Shown here piece after piece: positions 1 through 13,106 of a DNA stretch of 64,000 bases. Position numbers and translations under genes: made by a program. Positions within the stretch are counted from its first letter, which is position 1. Each line of letters opens with the position of its first letter. The notes beneath the pieces are model-generated. The model saw only the letters and a list, made by a program, of their open reading frames with translations. It made no database searches and was not told the origin of the DNA. The DNA is from Mytilus trossulus (Eukaryota): NCBI RefSeq assembly GCF_036588685.1, contig NC_086377.1, forward strand, positions 1,860,001 through 1,924,000, in the 5' to 3' direction.

Positions 1-1500
1 TGCAACTATAAGCAAAACTGCAACACTAAATGATGTGTCTGGACAGAATGGTCTTCAGAAGTGTTCGGTAGGATGCGGTGAATGTTGTGGTTTAAATCGT
101 TCTAATTCTGCTCCCATTGCTGAATCTGACTTTACTGATGAAAAGCTATTTGTTGTATACAGAAAACTATGGAATAATCTTTAAAAAAAATATTTCCATG
201 TATCTTGTCATTTACTTTTAATTCATTATCAGTTTTGGTCAGTGAGACTTTTTACCTCTCATTATGCATAGTCAACACGCTGCTCAGTTTCAAAATGAAT
301 AGCTTTCAATCACACTAGTATATAGTGATAGGGGATTAATTGAGGAATCAAAATAGCAAAAATTTAAAAAGGTGGTCAATGTGGTTGTTTTTGAGATATA
401 ATCCATTATAATTTTGGCGGGAAAATGTTCTCTCTTGATTTTTCATAGCTTTATCATTGACCAGTTAAAGTTCACAAAAAACTATTAAAAAATAAACAAG
501 ATTTTATAAGACTTTAACAAATGGCTTATAATTATGCATGTAAATGATTTATAAAAAGACAAATGGGGTCGATGGGCAAATTATTTTAAGGCATTCAAAT
601 GGATAAAACCAGAGTATTTCGAAATCTGAAAAAAATCCCAAAACATGACAAGCAAACATCCTTAAAATCACTTGCTGGTTAACATAGTGTGAATTTAAGC
701 ATTGTACTTTTTCATATAGAGAATATAAATTAATTTTCACTAACATCTTAATTGATTTCTGAAAAACTATGAATTTTATCATTTTTTTTCCAGTTTCTGA
801 CAATTTTGGGCCAGATTTAGCTTTTTTCACCCAAAATCAGCTATTTTCAAATTTGTTTAACTAGGAATTTGGTTTGATCTGATTATTATCATATGAAGAT
901 TTGAATTTTTCTATTTTTAGAGTGATTTAAAAACAGTTAAAATTCCTAATTTGTGGTTTTCCAGTTTTTAACGATTTTTTGATGATTTTGCTAGATTTTA
1001 CCCAAATCACCAATTACCAAATTAAGTATTGCTGTAAAGTTTTAGAATGGTAAGAATAAAGGTTTTTGTCTTTTTTAAACTATCAAATGAACCTCTTTTA
1101 CTAATATTTATATTTTTGCTGTCCTGTTTGTAATCAATTCACGTTTTGTAAATCTCAAATTCCAACAAAAATCGGATGTTTTCACCTAAATTTCATGCTT
1201 ATACAAAAAAGAACTTTTTTTATAATTTCATTTTATATTCACTGTATAGCCTGTTATAAAACTTTTTATTTGAAATGATTATCATCATTAATGAAAGTTT
1301 AACAAGCTTTTCCCAGTTTTTCGCTATTTCTGTCAAATTTTGCTATTTTTTACCAAAAAAATCCATTTTCCCACTCAGATATTTTTGTTGACTTTTAGTA
1401 TGTTACAAAGAAAGCCTTTTAGAATTGAAAAATACCAAAAATAATTCTGTTGCAATTTTTTTGACGTTGGCCACATTTTTCATCTATTTTGACTAGACTA
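1..1500 (+). mobile_element. Probable 3' end of a decayed DNA transposon (Cys-rich CXC-like C-terminus; possibly Academ-like)
   Basis: 1-110 reads as a degenerate CN.KQNCNTK*C...CSVGCGECCGLN motif; a long T-rich tail ends in TTTTGACTAGACTA. The superfamily call is from memory and unverified. Confidence 0.35.
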
Positions 1501-2090
1501 AAAATATATATTACTGCATTCAAAGTGCACAATACATATACGAAAAAAAGGCCATGTCAATTTCATTTTGGTGTGTTTGGTATTGTCAGTATGCTGTCTT
1601 GTTGACGTTTACATAAGACAGCAAATATCATCAAATTAGAAGTTACCCATTGGTACAAAAGTCATTCAAAATGGCATAAACATCAATGCAAGTAGGAATG
1701 TTTATTTAAACTTCAACACGAATATATGAATACAGGTTGACAAAAAGTACTATTTAAAAAAGTTATTGGCACATGACATAGGTCTCTCATATGTCATTCA
1801 ATAGGACATTTAAATTTAAACAACTGACTTAGAGTATCCGATATCTTTGTCCCGTTTTTATTCTATTTAGCGTTTTACCTTACAAAGTATAATACGAATT
1901 GTTCTAGTTTTTCATAATACTATCATATCAAATACTTGTCTAATAAAATGACATAGGTACATCACATAGCTGTTAATTTAACGAACAGTGGTTTATCCAT
2001 ACATTTATTAGCGTTTGGTCATCCGAACTCCAAAAAGACAATATCCTATGCTGATACATTCATGTAGTACCTACTACAATTTATTTTTTA

Positions 2091-2200
2091 AACTGGCTGT
2101 ACACCTCTCTGGAGCAAGCGTTGAACTGGCTGTATACCTCTCTGGTGCAAGAGTTGAATTGGCTGTATACCTCTCTGGTACAAGCGTTGAACTGGCTGTA
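2091..2200. repeat. 33-bp tandem repeat, ~3 copies, with a solo copy near 3240
   Basis: AACTGGCTGTATACCTCTCTGGTACAAGCGTTG. Confidence 0.8.
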
Positions 2201-3957
2201 AGTGTATACTTTGTATATTCATGTTAATTGAACAGATAAAGTCAATGGCATTTAAAAAGACATTCATAGGACATTTAAATTTAAAAAGTGATAAAGAGTA
2301 TCCGATAGCTGTGTCCTGTTTTCTTTTTATTCTGAGTTTTACTTGTGTTATCCAGTTCTTCGTCAAACTATCAACAGACCTCTGTAGTAAAATGACAAAG
2401 TCCAGTTGACCAGATATCTCACATAGCTGTTAAGTTATCAAACAGTGGTCTATCAATTCATCAATCACCGTTTGATAATAAAACCAGAACTCTATAAAAA
2501 ACATCTTTATTCAACGGACACACAATGGCGGAAACAAGATTCTGAAACCTACATAATTTACTACATTGTAATTGATGGTTTTTAAAAAAAGCATGGAATT
2601 TTCATTAAACGACTACATTGCATGTCAATGTCTTATATATTTACTACATTGTTATTGATTGTTTGGTCAAATATTATGGAATTATCATTAAACGACTACA
2701 ATAAAACAATGTTTAATATATTTTCTTACTGATACTTTCAAATATTCATCAACAATCAAAAATGGTGTACACAAGGTAGAAAATACGAATGCTTTTAAAA
2801 CCAAATATCGATACTTAAATAATCGGTATAAACATGTTTAAAGAAATGATTTGTGAAAGACGTTATTGTTACATAACGGAGTTCGTGTATTTGTCATTTA
2901 ATAAAACATTTAAATTCTAACTTTGAGTATCAAGTTACTATGTATTTTTTAGTGGGAAATCTAGTGACAAAATATAAACCTCTCCTTTAAACACTGACAC
3001 TAGATATGTCAATGTTTGTCCCAATTTAATAAGGACAATTTATATTATAATTTTTAGGGAGTTTGGTAAATGATAGAAATAGAATTAAGTTGGAATAAAA
3101 ACCAATCTTCTATTTGTTGTCACCTTTTCCCTTCTAAAATAGAACATGACATCTCCAGAAGACTAAAGGAGGTTTGTGTATATTCTTTGAAATGCTGACT
3201 GTGAAAAATTTCAGGAGTAGAAACTACATTTTTTTTTAATTGGCTGTATACCTCTCTGGAGCAAGTTAATAATTTTGTATAAACATGCAAATTGATTAGA
3301 GAATTTAGGAAATGAATCCCAAAGAAATTAATGCTTATGAAGCAATGAGTTTTGAAATTAATTTACATGACAAGTTCAAACGAAGCCCATCCGAATGTAA
3401 CTTTTGAACATGAATAGATCAAAAACACTGCAAATATATGTACAAACATCGAGACGACGCTTTTGAAAAAAACTAAACATAACAGAGATGTCAAGGAGTA
3501 CCGAGTATCGAAAATATGAAACTCGAGTAATCAGTTTTCTGTAAAAATGGTTGTGCCTTCTTAAAGATTTTTTTTTTATTAAAAGCAGCTCTCGGGAAAT
3601 TAAATATAAATATAGTTTATCAAAATATCAAAATAGGATGGCCTACAATTGCTAACATTCACTTCATTTGACGTTGGATGGATAGTATTCACAGTAAGAT
3701 TTTGAAAATAGATATATCCATTTTGTTCCATGTTTTACTGATAAATGGACTTAGTTTTGTTTACAGTAATTAAGTAAACACAGTTAACGTTTGTTACACA
3801 TAATACTTCGTCAAACTTGGTTATATGGAGTTGTATGCAACTTAGGCAGGAGACTTTTTAAGATAAAGAGATAATTTCTAAAGCTATATTACAAATAACA
3901 TTTACAGACAGACTGGATCATAATTAATGTGTAAACCTTCGTGAAGCTTGACTCAAA

Positions 3958-5175
3958 AATGAACTCACTGTGTACGTCAACATTACACTTTACTAATAAA
4001 TGAACTCGCTGTGTATGCCAACACTATACTTTACTAATGAATGAACTCACTGTGTATGTCAACACTACACTTTACTAATAAATGAACTCACTTTGCATGT
4101 CAACATTGTACTTTACCAATAAATGAACCCGCTGTGTATGTCAACACTACACTTTACTAATGAATGAACTCACTGTGTATGTCAACACTACACTTTACTA
4201 ATAAATGAACTCACTTTGCATGTCAACATTGTACTTTACCAATAAATGAACTCACTGTGTATGTCAACACTACACTTTACTAATGAATGAACTCACTGTG
4301 TATGTCAACACCACACTTTACTAATGAATGAACTCACTGTGCATTTCAACACCACACTTTACTTATAAATGAACTCACTTTGGATGTCAACACTACACCT
4401 TACTAAAACATTAAAACACTTTGTATTTCAACAGTATACTTTTCTAATAAATGAACTCACTTTGGATGTCAACACTACACTTTACTAATAAATGAACCCG
4501 CTGTGTATGTCAACACTACACTTTACTAATAAATGAACTCACTCTGTATGTCAACACTACACTTTACTAATAAATGCACTCACTTTGCATGTCAACATTG
4601 TAATTTACCAATAATTGAACTCACTGTGTATGTCAACACTACACTTTACAAATAAATGAACTCACTGTGTATGTCAACACTTCACTTTACTAATAAATGA
4701 ACTCACTGTGTATGTCAACACTACACTTTACTAATAAATGAACTCACTTTGCATGTCAACATTGTACTTTACCAATAAATGAACTCACTGTGTATGTCAA
4801 CACCACACTTTACTAATGAAAGAAATCACTGTGCATGTCAACACCACACTTTACTTATAAATGAACTCACTTCGGATGTCAACACTACACCTTACTAAAA
4901 CATTACAACACTTTGTATTTCAACACTACACTTTTCTAATAAATGAACTCACTTTGTATGTCAACACTACACTTTACTAATAAATGAACCCGTTGTGTAT
5001 GTCAACACTATACTTTACTAATAAAGTAACTCCCTGTGTGTGTCAACACTACACCTTACTAATAAGGGAATTCACTTTGTATGTGAACATTAAACTTTAC
5101 TAATAAATGAACTCGCTGTGTATGTCAACACTACACTTTACTATTAAATGAACCCACTGTGTATCTAAACACTAC
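3958..5175. repeat. 41-bp minisatellite, ~30 copies
   Basis: AATGAACTCACTGTGTATGTCAACACTACACTTTACTAATA. Confidence 0.95.
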
Positions 5176-8100
5176 ATGTTTACACTGACAGTAGCAATCA
5201 CAGGATGACACAGGGTTTATTTTAACTTTTTACGATTTTTTTTATGTGACTATGGCCAGGTTAAGGATGATGTTGATAAGAATTATCAAGTTTTCTTTAA
5301 GGCTTGTAAAATTTAGTTGCTGTTGAATACTTTGAAGTTGTCAGTCTCTTCAAATTAGCGATTCATTTTTTTGAAGCGCACGATTTTGAATAGTTCGTGT
5401 CAGAATGTTTATTTTCAGGTGTGTTAGAATTAAGTACATGCTTTATAATATGAATTTATAAATAGAGCTACGTAGGATATCAATTGTCCGTATGCAAGTG
5501 CACGTATTAATGTACATGTATGAAACTTTCAAATACAAACAAAAAGATAAATATTATACTATTCTGTTTAGTAAGGTTTTAATATCAATTGAAATATCCA
5601 AACCGTTACAGACTTTGCATACCGAATATTTTCTCAAACCGAAACAATTTAACAGATGCATCCATCATGGCAGATATTCATTTGAACAAGGTCGACAACT
5701 ATCTGACGCATCTCAAGGTAAGAAAAAAAGGCCATCTAAGGTAAACAAGACTGAAAAGAGATCCAGTATAACAAACACAGAGACAACAACCGTACTACTA
5801 CAGGTGAAGTCCATAAAATGTTATACTGTTATTAACTGGCTGTTTCTGTATTGGCACTGGTATAGATTAAAGGTTTGCTGAATTGGCCTCGAGACTCGTA
5901 GGGCTAATATAGCTGACCAATAATCTATACCAGTGCCAATACAGAAACAGCCAGTTCATAACACTTTTATTAAATGATTATAAGAAAATTATAAACTGTA
6001 ATCAATACCGGGCCAATACGGCTTTTTCTGTATTGGTCCTGTTTTAAAAAAAAAACGTGATCAATACAGGGCCAATACGACTTTTTCCCGCCTTTTTCTG
6101 TATTGGTCCTGTTTTAAAAAAAAAAACGTGATCAATACAGGGCCAATACGACTTTTTCAAGCTTTTTTTCTGTATTGGCCCTTTTTTTCGTATTGACCCT
6201 GTTCGAAGAGCAATATCAAATCTTGATTTAAATTGACAGTGAAACCTTTTCAGTATTGCACATGCTGATTTATCCATATAAGGGCTTATTTGTCATATCA
6301 TGTAATAATAAACTGTACGGCTCATGTTAACCATACTGCCCAAACTTTCAACGGTATTCATGATATTTGTTTAGGATATTGCGTTTTTTTCATAATTTAT
6401 TAATTAAGATTTTTATGTAAAAAAACTATGATATAAAAATGCATGCAGAATCACGATCGAACTATTCTATGTATTGTTCATAACAAACAAAATAAAGAAA
6501 CTTGATGTGAACAAATTATTTGAAATTTAAAAATCATCAACCAAAGAAAAACAAATTTCAAATGTATTTATAGAATAAGATTAAAAAACATATTATATTA
6601 GTTGTCTAGAAAACTTTCTTTGGATAACAAAATAGAAAACTAAGTCATGTGGTGTATACTAAAATTGTCCGGTCAGTAAATCAAAACGGGATATTATGAC
6701 TGATTTTATAATTTTAAAGATTGGATTAAATTATAAAATGGATTATTTACTTAAGAATTAAAAAGAATAAATATTATCTCCTATTAACATTTGTTTGTTT
6801 TAATGTTTTAAATATTTATTTCTCAACAAGTGTGAGAAACACAATCTCATATCTAGAAAGTAATGTGTTCTCGGAAAATGATTGGTCGATTTTAAATTAT
6901 GACATCAAACTTGCATTCTTGCTAATTCTATATTGTTACGTCATGAAAAAAAGCAAACATGTCTGATGAAACTTTTTTTATCTTGACGTCACTAGTTAGT
7001 CGTGTGTGGACGTAACGCACTTTTGGCGTATTAAATTTTAAACCTGGTGCCTTTTGTTAGCTATTGTTTGTGTGTTTCTTTGTCCAATATGTTCTTCTAT
7101 TTATTTAGTTATTTATTTGTATTGTAGTCCTGTAATGTTATGTAGTCATTTTTGTGTTATATATAACATTGCCATTACAGCGGGAGGTGTGGCATGCCAC
7201 AAAACCAGGTTCAACCCACCATGTTTTCTTTAAGTCAGAAATATGGCCATTTTATATCATGGTTTGCTCCTGTGTGTTTCTATTGTGTCGTTTGTTTCCT
7301 CTTATATTTTAGTGTGAATTCGCCTTGTTATAAGACATGTCAAGGTACTTGTCTATCCCAAATGCATGTATTTAATTTTGATGTTATATTTGTTATTCTC
7401 ATCGGATTTTGTCTGATGCTTAGTTCGTTTCTCTGTGTGTTACATTTTAATGTTTTGCCGTTGTTCTCTTATATTAAATGCGTTTCCCTCAGTTTTAGTT
7501 TGTAACCCGGATTTTTTTTTTCACTATCAATTCATGAGTTTCGAACAGCGGTATACTAGTGTTGCCTTTATTCGTCTATAGGAGCAGAATACCTAACTGA
7601 CTCAATGGTGAAACGCTTACTGCTCAATGTCAATATCATGTATTGAACATTTTAGACTACATGTTTGTAATCAACTAAACATGTTGTAAAGATCCCTGAC
7701 AACGAGCTCGAGGTTAATGTCAGATAAATTCTGTCAGACAGACATATACACATAACAATTATTAAGTTCATAAAAATATTTATTGTTAGTCCACTACCAA
7801 TAATGGACTAGTTTAACTTTGGTTTATTTAATGCCTTCAATGAAAGTGCCAAAACAAAACACACAAAAATAACTATAACAATTGAAACTCCAAAATCGCG
7901 TACCAGTACGATCCTACTGTAATATTACTTGTTGCGTAAAATATTTTATGTTATTATTTCTTTCCAACAATTATCTTGTTAATTTTCTGAAATCGTTTAG
8001 AAAACACAATGTTTCTTGTCTTAAAAATACCAGATAATTGCTAATTAGACGCCGTTATGGGTAATTAGATAAAAAAAATTGACACACGTGAACATACACT

Positions 8101-8489
8101 GAACGTTTTAGTTTACAAGACTTATAAACAGAAATGAAACATAATGCTTTCAGTTTATACTTTGTTAGAGGTTTGTTAATATTGCCATTATTAATGAAAT
8201 AGGATAATTACATTTGAACAACTGGAAAATGCTCTTCATTTACAATATACCAACCTTTTCCAGTCGCAGTTTAAATTCCTGTTCTCTGTCGTTCTTATAT
8301 TTTCCATTGATTGTGTTAATGTGCTATCGTAAATTCCAGTATTCCTGGCCTGTGATTCTTTTAATGTGCTTGTTTATATGCCTTCTTTGTTTTTGCATGA
8401 TGACATTTTTTGTTTGTTTCTATAGTGATTAAAATGATAACACAATGTTGACTGCTGTACCCTATTTCTGACATTTATATCTATAAAGG

Positions 8490-8690
8490 CAGAAGATATG
8501 GTACAGATTGCCAATAAGACAACTGTCCACAAGGGACCAACATGACACGGATATTAACAACTATAGGTCATCGTACGGCCTTCGGCAATGAACAAAGGTC
8601 ATACCGCATAGTAAGCTATAAAAGACCCCGATATGACAATGTAAAACAATTATAACGAGAAAACAAACGGCCTTATCTAAATAAAAAAAT
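8490..8690. mobile_element. Second SINE-like repeat family (copies at ~12565, 26260-26440, 32700-32878 reversed, 47890-48110)
   Basis: AGATGTGGTATGATTGCCAATGAGACAACT-type head recurs on both strands. Confidence 0.65.
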
Positions 8691-9832
8691 TAAAAAAGAG
8701 TATGTCTGTTTGTATTGTTCATACATTGGTGTCAATATAATGATATTATGTGTGGCTGTCATACAAGTGAGAGGTTTTGCTAGTTAACACACTTGTTATA
8801 TCCACCATTAGCTAATAAGAAAATGCAGAATTAAAGATATGGCTGTTGTTATCAATTCTTTGATATATTTGAAGCTTTTGATTTAGTCACTTGATGAAGG
8901 ACTTTCCTTTTTGAATTGATTTCGATGTTTGGTATTTATGTGGTCTTACTTTTTTACCTGATTTGTTTTATTCTAAAGTGGTGTAAAGATTGTATTTGTA
9001 ATGTCGATTAATTCCGACAAGATAAATTAGTAAATATGTTAAAGTATCTACACGGAAATAAATGTAATTTACAAAGTTCGTAAAGTTAACTACTAGGAAA
9101 TAAATATATATATATTAGTTTCAATTTCTAGAACAAAAACTTCCTCAAAATTACCATATGGTATTTCCGACTCCTTGACATCAAAATTTGTTTCCGGAAT
9201 GTTCAAGATGGGTTAAATATATAAAGATATACTTTCTATTTATCATGGTCAAAAATAGCTCACCTGAGTGAACTAGGAAATCTTAGTTCTTCCATAACAT
9301 ATGCTTTAAATAACTTTTTGTATGCATTGTATATTTTAGAACACGGTATAAAGCTTAACAGAAAACTGAAGAATCTAAGATTTACACTACCGAATATGTT
9401 TGTTGTTCAGGGTACATACTCAAAAGAGACAAATGCCGTTAAAGTTATAAATCATAACCACTTTTAAAGTTAATTTACCTAAGATGTAATTGAGATAAGA
9501 GTTATTTCCCCTTTGTGTGTCGTTTGGGTACATTCTTATAAATACCTTAATATAAGGGAAAAACTTCTGAGACAAAGGCCTGTGCATTATCTCTACCTTC
9601 CAATGTTGAGAAAGTGGTTGAAAAAGTTTGATGCTATATTTTTTATTTATTTTGCAAATTGACAAAGACTCTTGATAAACTTTAAAGTAAAGGGATACAG
9701 GGGTTCTCCTCTTTTTCTAAAATGACCTCATTAAGGCGCTCATAATGGATGGAAATGTTTTCGTTGAAGTACATCACCCTAAAGTGATTTATTGGCTTGT
9801 ACACTATTTTATGTCTTCCTGTTTTTTTTTAG

Positions 9833-9917
9833 CTGTTTGTAGTAGTGAGTAGAGAGTATGTGTCACCTAACGAGTGTAAATGTCAACCTGGCTGGAGGGG
9901 ACATTCATGTTCTAGTA
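9833..9917 (+). CDS. EGF exon (VCSSE..VSPNECKCQPGWRGHSCSS), frameshifted near 9850
   Basis: Poly-T acceptor with AG at 9831-32; donor GTAAGT at 9918, phase 1. The two halves of the exon are in different frames. Confidence 0.75.
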
Positions 9918-10624
9918 GTAAGTAACCATAGTAACATGGTAAGTGTGTGTCACCTAACGAGTGTAAATGTCACCCTGGCTGGAGGAGACATTCATGTTCT
10001 AGTAGTAAGTAACCATAGTAACATGGAGAGTGTGTGTCACCTAACGAGTGTAAATGTCACCCTGGCTGGAGGGGACATTCATGTTCTAGTAGTAAGTAAC
10101 CATAGTAACATAGAGAGTGTGTCACCTAACGAGTGTAAATGTCACCCTGGCTGGAGGAGACATTCATGTTCTAGTAGTAAGTAACCATAGTAACATGGAG
10201 AGTGTGTATCACCTAACGAGTGTAAATGTCACCCTGGCTGGAGGGGACATTCATGTTCTAGTAGTAAGTAACCATAGTAACATGGAGAGTGTGTGTCACC
10301 TAACGAGTGTAAATGTCACCCTGGCTGGAAGGGACATTCATGTTCTAGTAGTAAGTAACCATAGTAACATAGAGAGTGTGTCACCTAACGAGTGTCAATG
10401 TCACCCTGGCTGGAGGGGACATTCATGTTCTAGTAGTAAGTAACCATAGTAACATGGAGAGTGTGCGTCACCTAACGAGTGTAAATGTCACCCTGGCTGG
10501 AGGGGACATTCATGGTCTAGTAGTAAGTAACCATAGTAACATGGAGAGTGTGTGTCATCTAACCAGTGTAAATGTCACCCTGGCTGGAGGGGACATTCAT
10601 GTTCTAGTAGTAAGTAACCATAGT
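9858..10624 (+). repeat. 87/85-bp splice-donor tandem array, 9 copies
   Basis: Unit is the exon 3' end plus GTAAGTAACCATAGT. Spacing runs 87,87,85, giving a 259-bp higher-order period. Confidence 0.95.
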
Positions 10625-10668
10625 AAGGGATTTAAACCTTAACTGTTACAGATGGGGAAACTTGATGA

Positions 10669-10862
10669 GAGGGGGTAAGAGGGTCCTGTTCCCGAAATCA
10701 GGGGCCTTAAAGCACGAAGTCCCAGGGTCCTGAATTTAAATAAATTTAATTCTGATCCAGAAATTCGTAAAAAGAATTCCCGGATCCAGAAAGGGTCAAT
10801 CCTGAAATCCTGAGCTTAAAAACCCCGATCCCAGAGTCCCGATAAAGGTTCTATCCCCCTCT
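10669..10862. mobile_element. MITE-like element; second copy at 47388-47622
   Basis: GAGGGGG...CCCCCTC inverted ends; internal CCCGAAAT/CCCGGATCC repeats are shared by both copies. Confidence 0.65.
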
Positions 10863-11228
10863 ATAATGTCTGTACAGGCAGTAAACAACGTCACCGTCTA
10901 TTTTGTTTGATTGTGTAATATCAACTCAATAAAGTATAAAATTGAGAATGAAAATGGGGAATGTGTCAAAGAGACAACAAACAGACCATATAACAGACAA
11001 CAGCAGAAGGTCACAAAAGGTCTTCAATGCAGTGAGTACATAACAATAGAACGATGTTAACAAAATATATAGTGACGTAAACAATGGATAATGAAAAGTT
11101 AAACAGCATTTAAAGTAATGTTTAAGTTTGACGCGTAAGTTGAACTGTTTCTAAATTACCGACATTTATAACATCTAGGCCATTCTTCTTGATTTGTCGA
11201 TATTGACATGTTTACAATCAATTATTAG

Positions 11229-11475
11229 GTTGTAGTGATAGTGAATGGGGAGGTAACTGTAAATTGAGATGTAATTGTAACGGACACGGATCATGTGACC
11301 CACAGACGGGACATTGTATATGTGCCGCAGGATGGACAGGAGAGAGATGTCAAACCCCTTGCAGTGAAGGAACCTATGGACCAAACTGTCGTTTAATGTG
11401 TCTTTGTCGTAATGGAGCTACCTATGACAGGACAAATGGAGCTTGTTATTGTTCAACAGGGTTCAAAGGGTCATT
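11229..11475 (+). CDS. EGF exon CSDSEWGGNCKLRCNC...CYCSTGFKGS
   Basis: TAG acceptor at 11226-28; donor GTAAGT at 11476, phase 2. Two EGF repeats; overlaps ORF 11264..11479. Confidence 0.92.
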
Positions 11476-11552
11476 GTAAGTGTCATATTACAAGACAAAA
11501 AAGCTAATTCTATTGAAAAATGGTTGCATCCCTTTTTAAAGCCGTTCAGCCG

Positions 11553-11597
11553 ACATGTGATTCAACTGGTCAATGTAAATGTCCAAGAGGCTGGACT
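11553..11597 (+). pseudogene. 3' half of an EGF exon (TCDSTGQCKCPRGWT) with no in-frame acceptor
   Basis: Donor GTAAGT at 11598 is phase 0, matching the next exon. The 5' half of the EGF repeat is absent. Confidence 0.75.
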
Positions 11598-11974
11598 GTA
11601 AGTATTTACTATCATGAATATTCATAGCATGCAAAATAAAACTCAGAATGTGTCAAAGAGACAACAACCCGACCATAGAACATACAACAGCAGAAGGTCA
11701 CTGATATGTCTTCAATGCAGCAAGAAACTCCCACACACACAGAGGCGTCATTCAGCTGGCCCCTAAACAAATATCTATACTAGTTCAGTGATAATGGATT
11801 ATAATACAATGAATTATGAATATCCATATCCCTCTTGTACAAGATTATGAATATTCATGTCCTACCAACAATGAATTCTGAATTTCTATTTGCTACGGAT
11901 TAAAAATTAGGAAAATTCTAATGCATGACACAAACAATGAATAATGACTATGCACATCTTCATCATCCTACTTT

Positions 11975-12292
11975 GTATGAATTGTGAATATTCATATCCA
12001 ACAAATGAATTGTGAATATTAATGTCCTACACACAAATGAATTGTGAATATTCATGTCCAACAAATGAATTGTGAATATTAATGTCCTACACACAAATGA
12101 ATTGTGATTATTCATATCCTACAAACAAATTAATTGTGAATATTCATATCCTACACACAAATAAATTACAATTAGTCATGTCCTACACACACATGAATTA
12201 CAATTATTCATGTCCTACACACACATGTATTATGAATATTCAAGTCCGACACACAAATGAATTGTGAATATTCATGTCCTACACACAAATGA
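11975..12292. repeat. ~28-32-bp degenerate minisatellite
   Basis: ACAAATGAATTGTGAATATTCATGTCCTACAC. Confidence 0.8.
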
Positions 12293-12969
12293 TTTATTCA
12301 TTGTTTATTTATTGAAAATTATGAATATAGTCATACCATTCAGACAATATTCATGTCAATACTTATACCAACGATGAACTGTGAGTATTTATAAGCATGA
12401 ATATTTATGTTTTTACCTACTATGAATAATGAATATGTATGTCTTTATGTGATTAGATATTGAAGGAGAATGGTAAGAATTCACCTCTCAGGACGCTTAT
12501 GTCATTCTGTTTTTGAATAACAATAATTAATGAACAAATTGAGAACTTCATCAACATATTAAGTAGATGTGTTCTGATTGCCAATGAGACAACTATCCAC
12601 CAACATTCAAATAAAGTGGATGTAAGCAACTACAGGCATCTGCTCATGAAAAATATAAATCAATTGGATTGAGAATGCTAACGACCTATTTATATCAAAA
12701 CAATTCATGAAAAACCAATATGACCGACATGAACCAACAACAACCACTAATCAATCAACAGACTTCTCATTTGTAAAATGCTTAACTCACCAGATGGACA
12801 CGAATAGAAATATATCTACCATGTCTACAGCATGGATTTGGATGAGTACTAACACATTCAAACATCAAAAGAAGCTAAATACAGATCTAAGATGTTTACG
12901 AGTTACTTACAAAGTTTTTAAAGCACTTTTCTCATAAAAAAGTTAAAAAATACTTTTGAATATTTTTAG

Positions 12970-13106
12970 GGATCGATTTGTTCAGAGCCATGCCCAGGAG
13001 GAATGTGGGGTGGAAACTGTAAAGCTCAGTGTAGATGTTACAATGGAGCTACATGTGACAGGATCACAGGACAATGTACATGTGCTCCAGGATATAAAGG
13101 AGAAAG
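12970..13106 (+). CDS. EGF exon [17 protein letters not shown]...[10 protein letters not shown]
   Basis: TTTTTAG acceptor; AG|GTAAAT donor; phase 0 in, phase 2 out. Confidence 0.92.

Noticed and set aside
5667-5717. ATG...AAG|GTAAGA as the receptor's first exon (MADIHLNKVDNYLTHLK)
   Set aside because: No signal peptide, and a phase 0 donor does not match the phase 1 acceptor at 9833. It may be a TE remnant.
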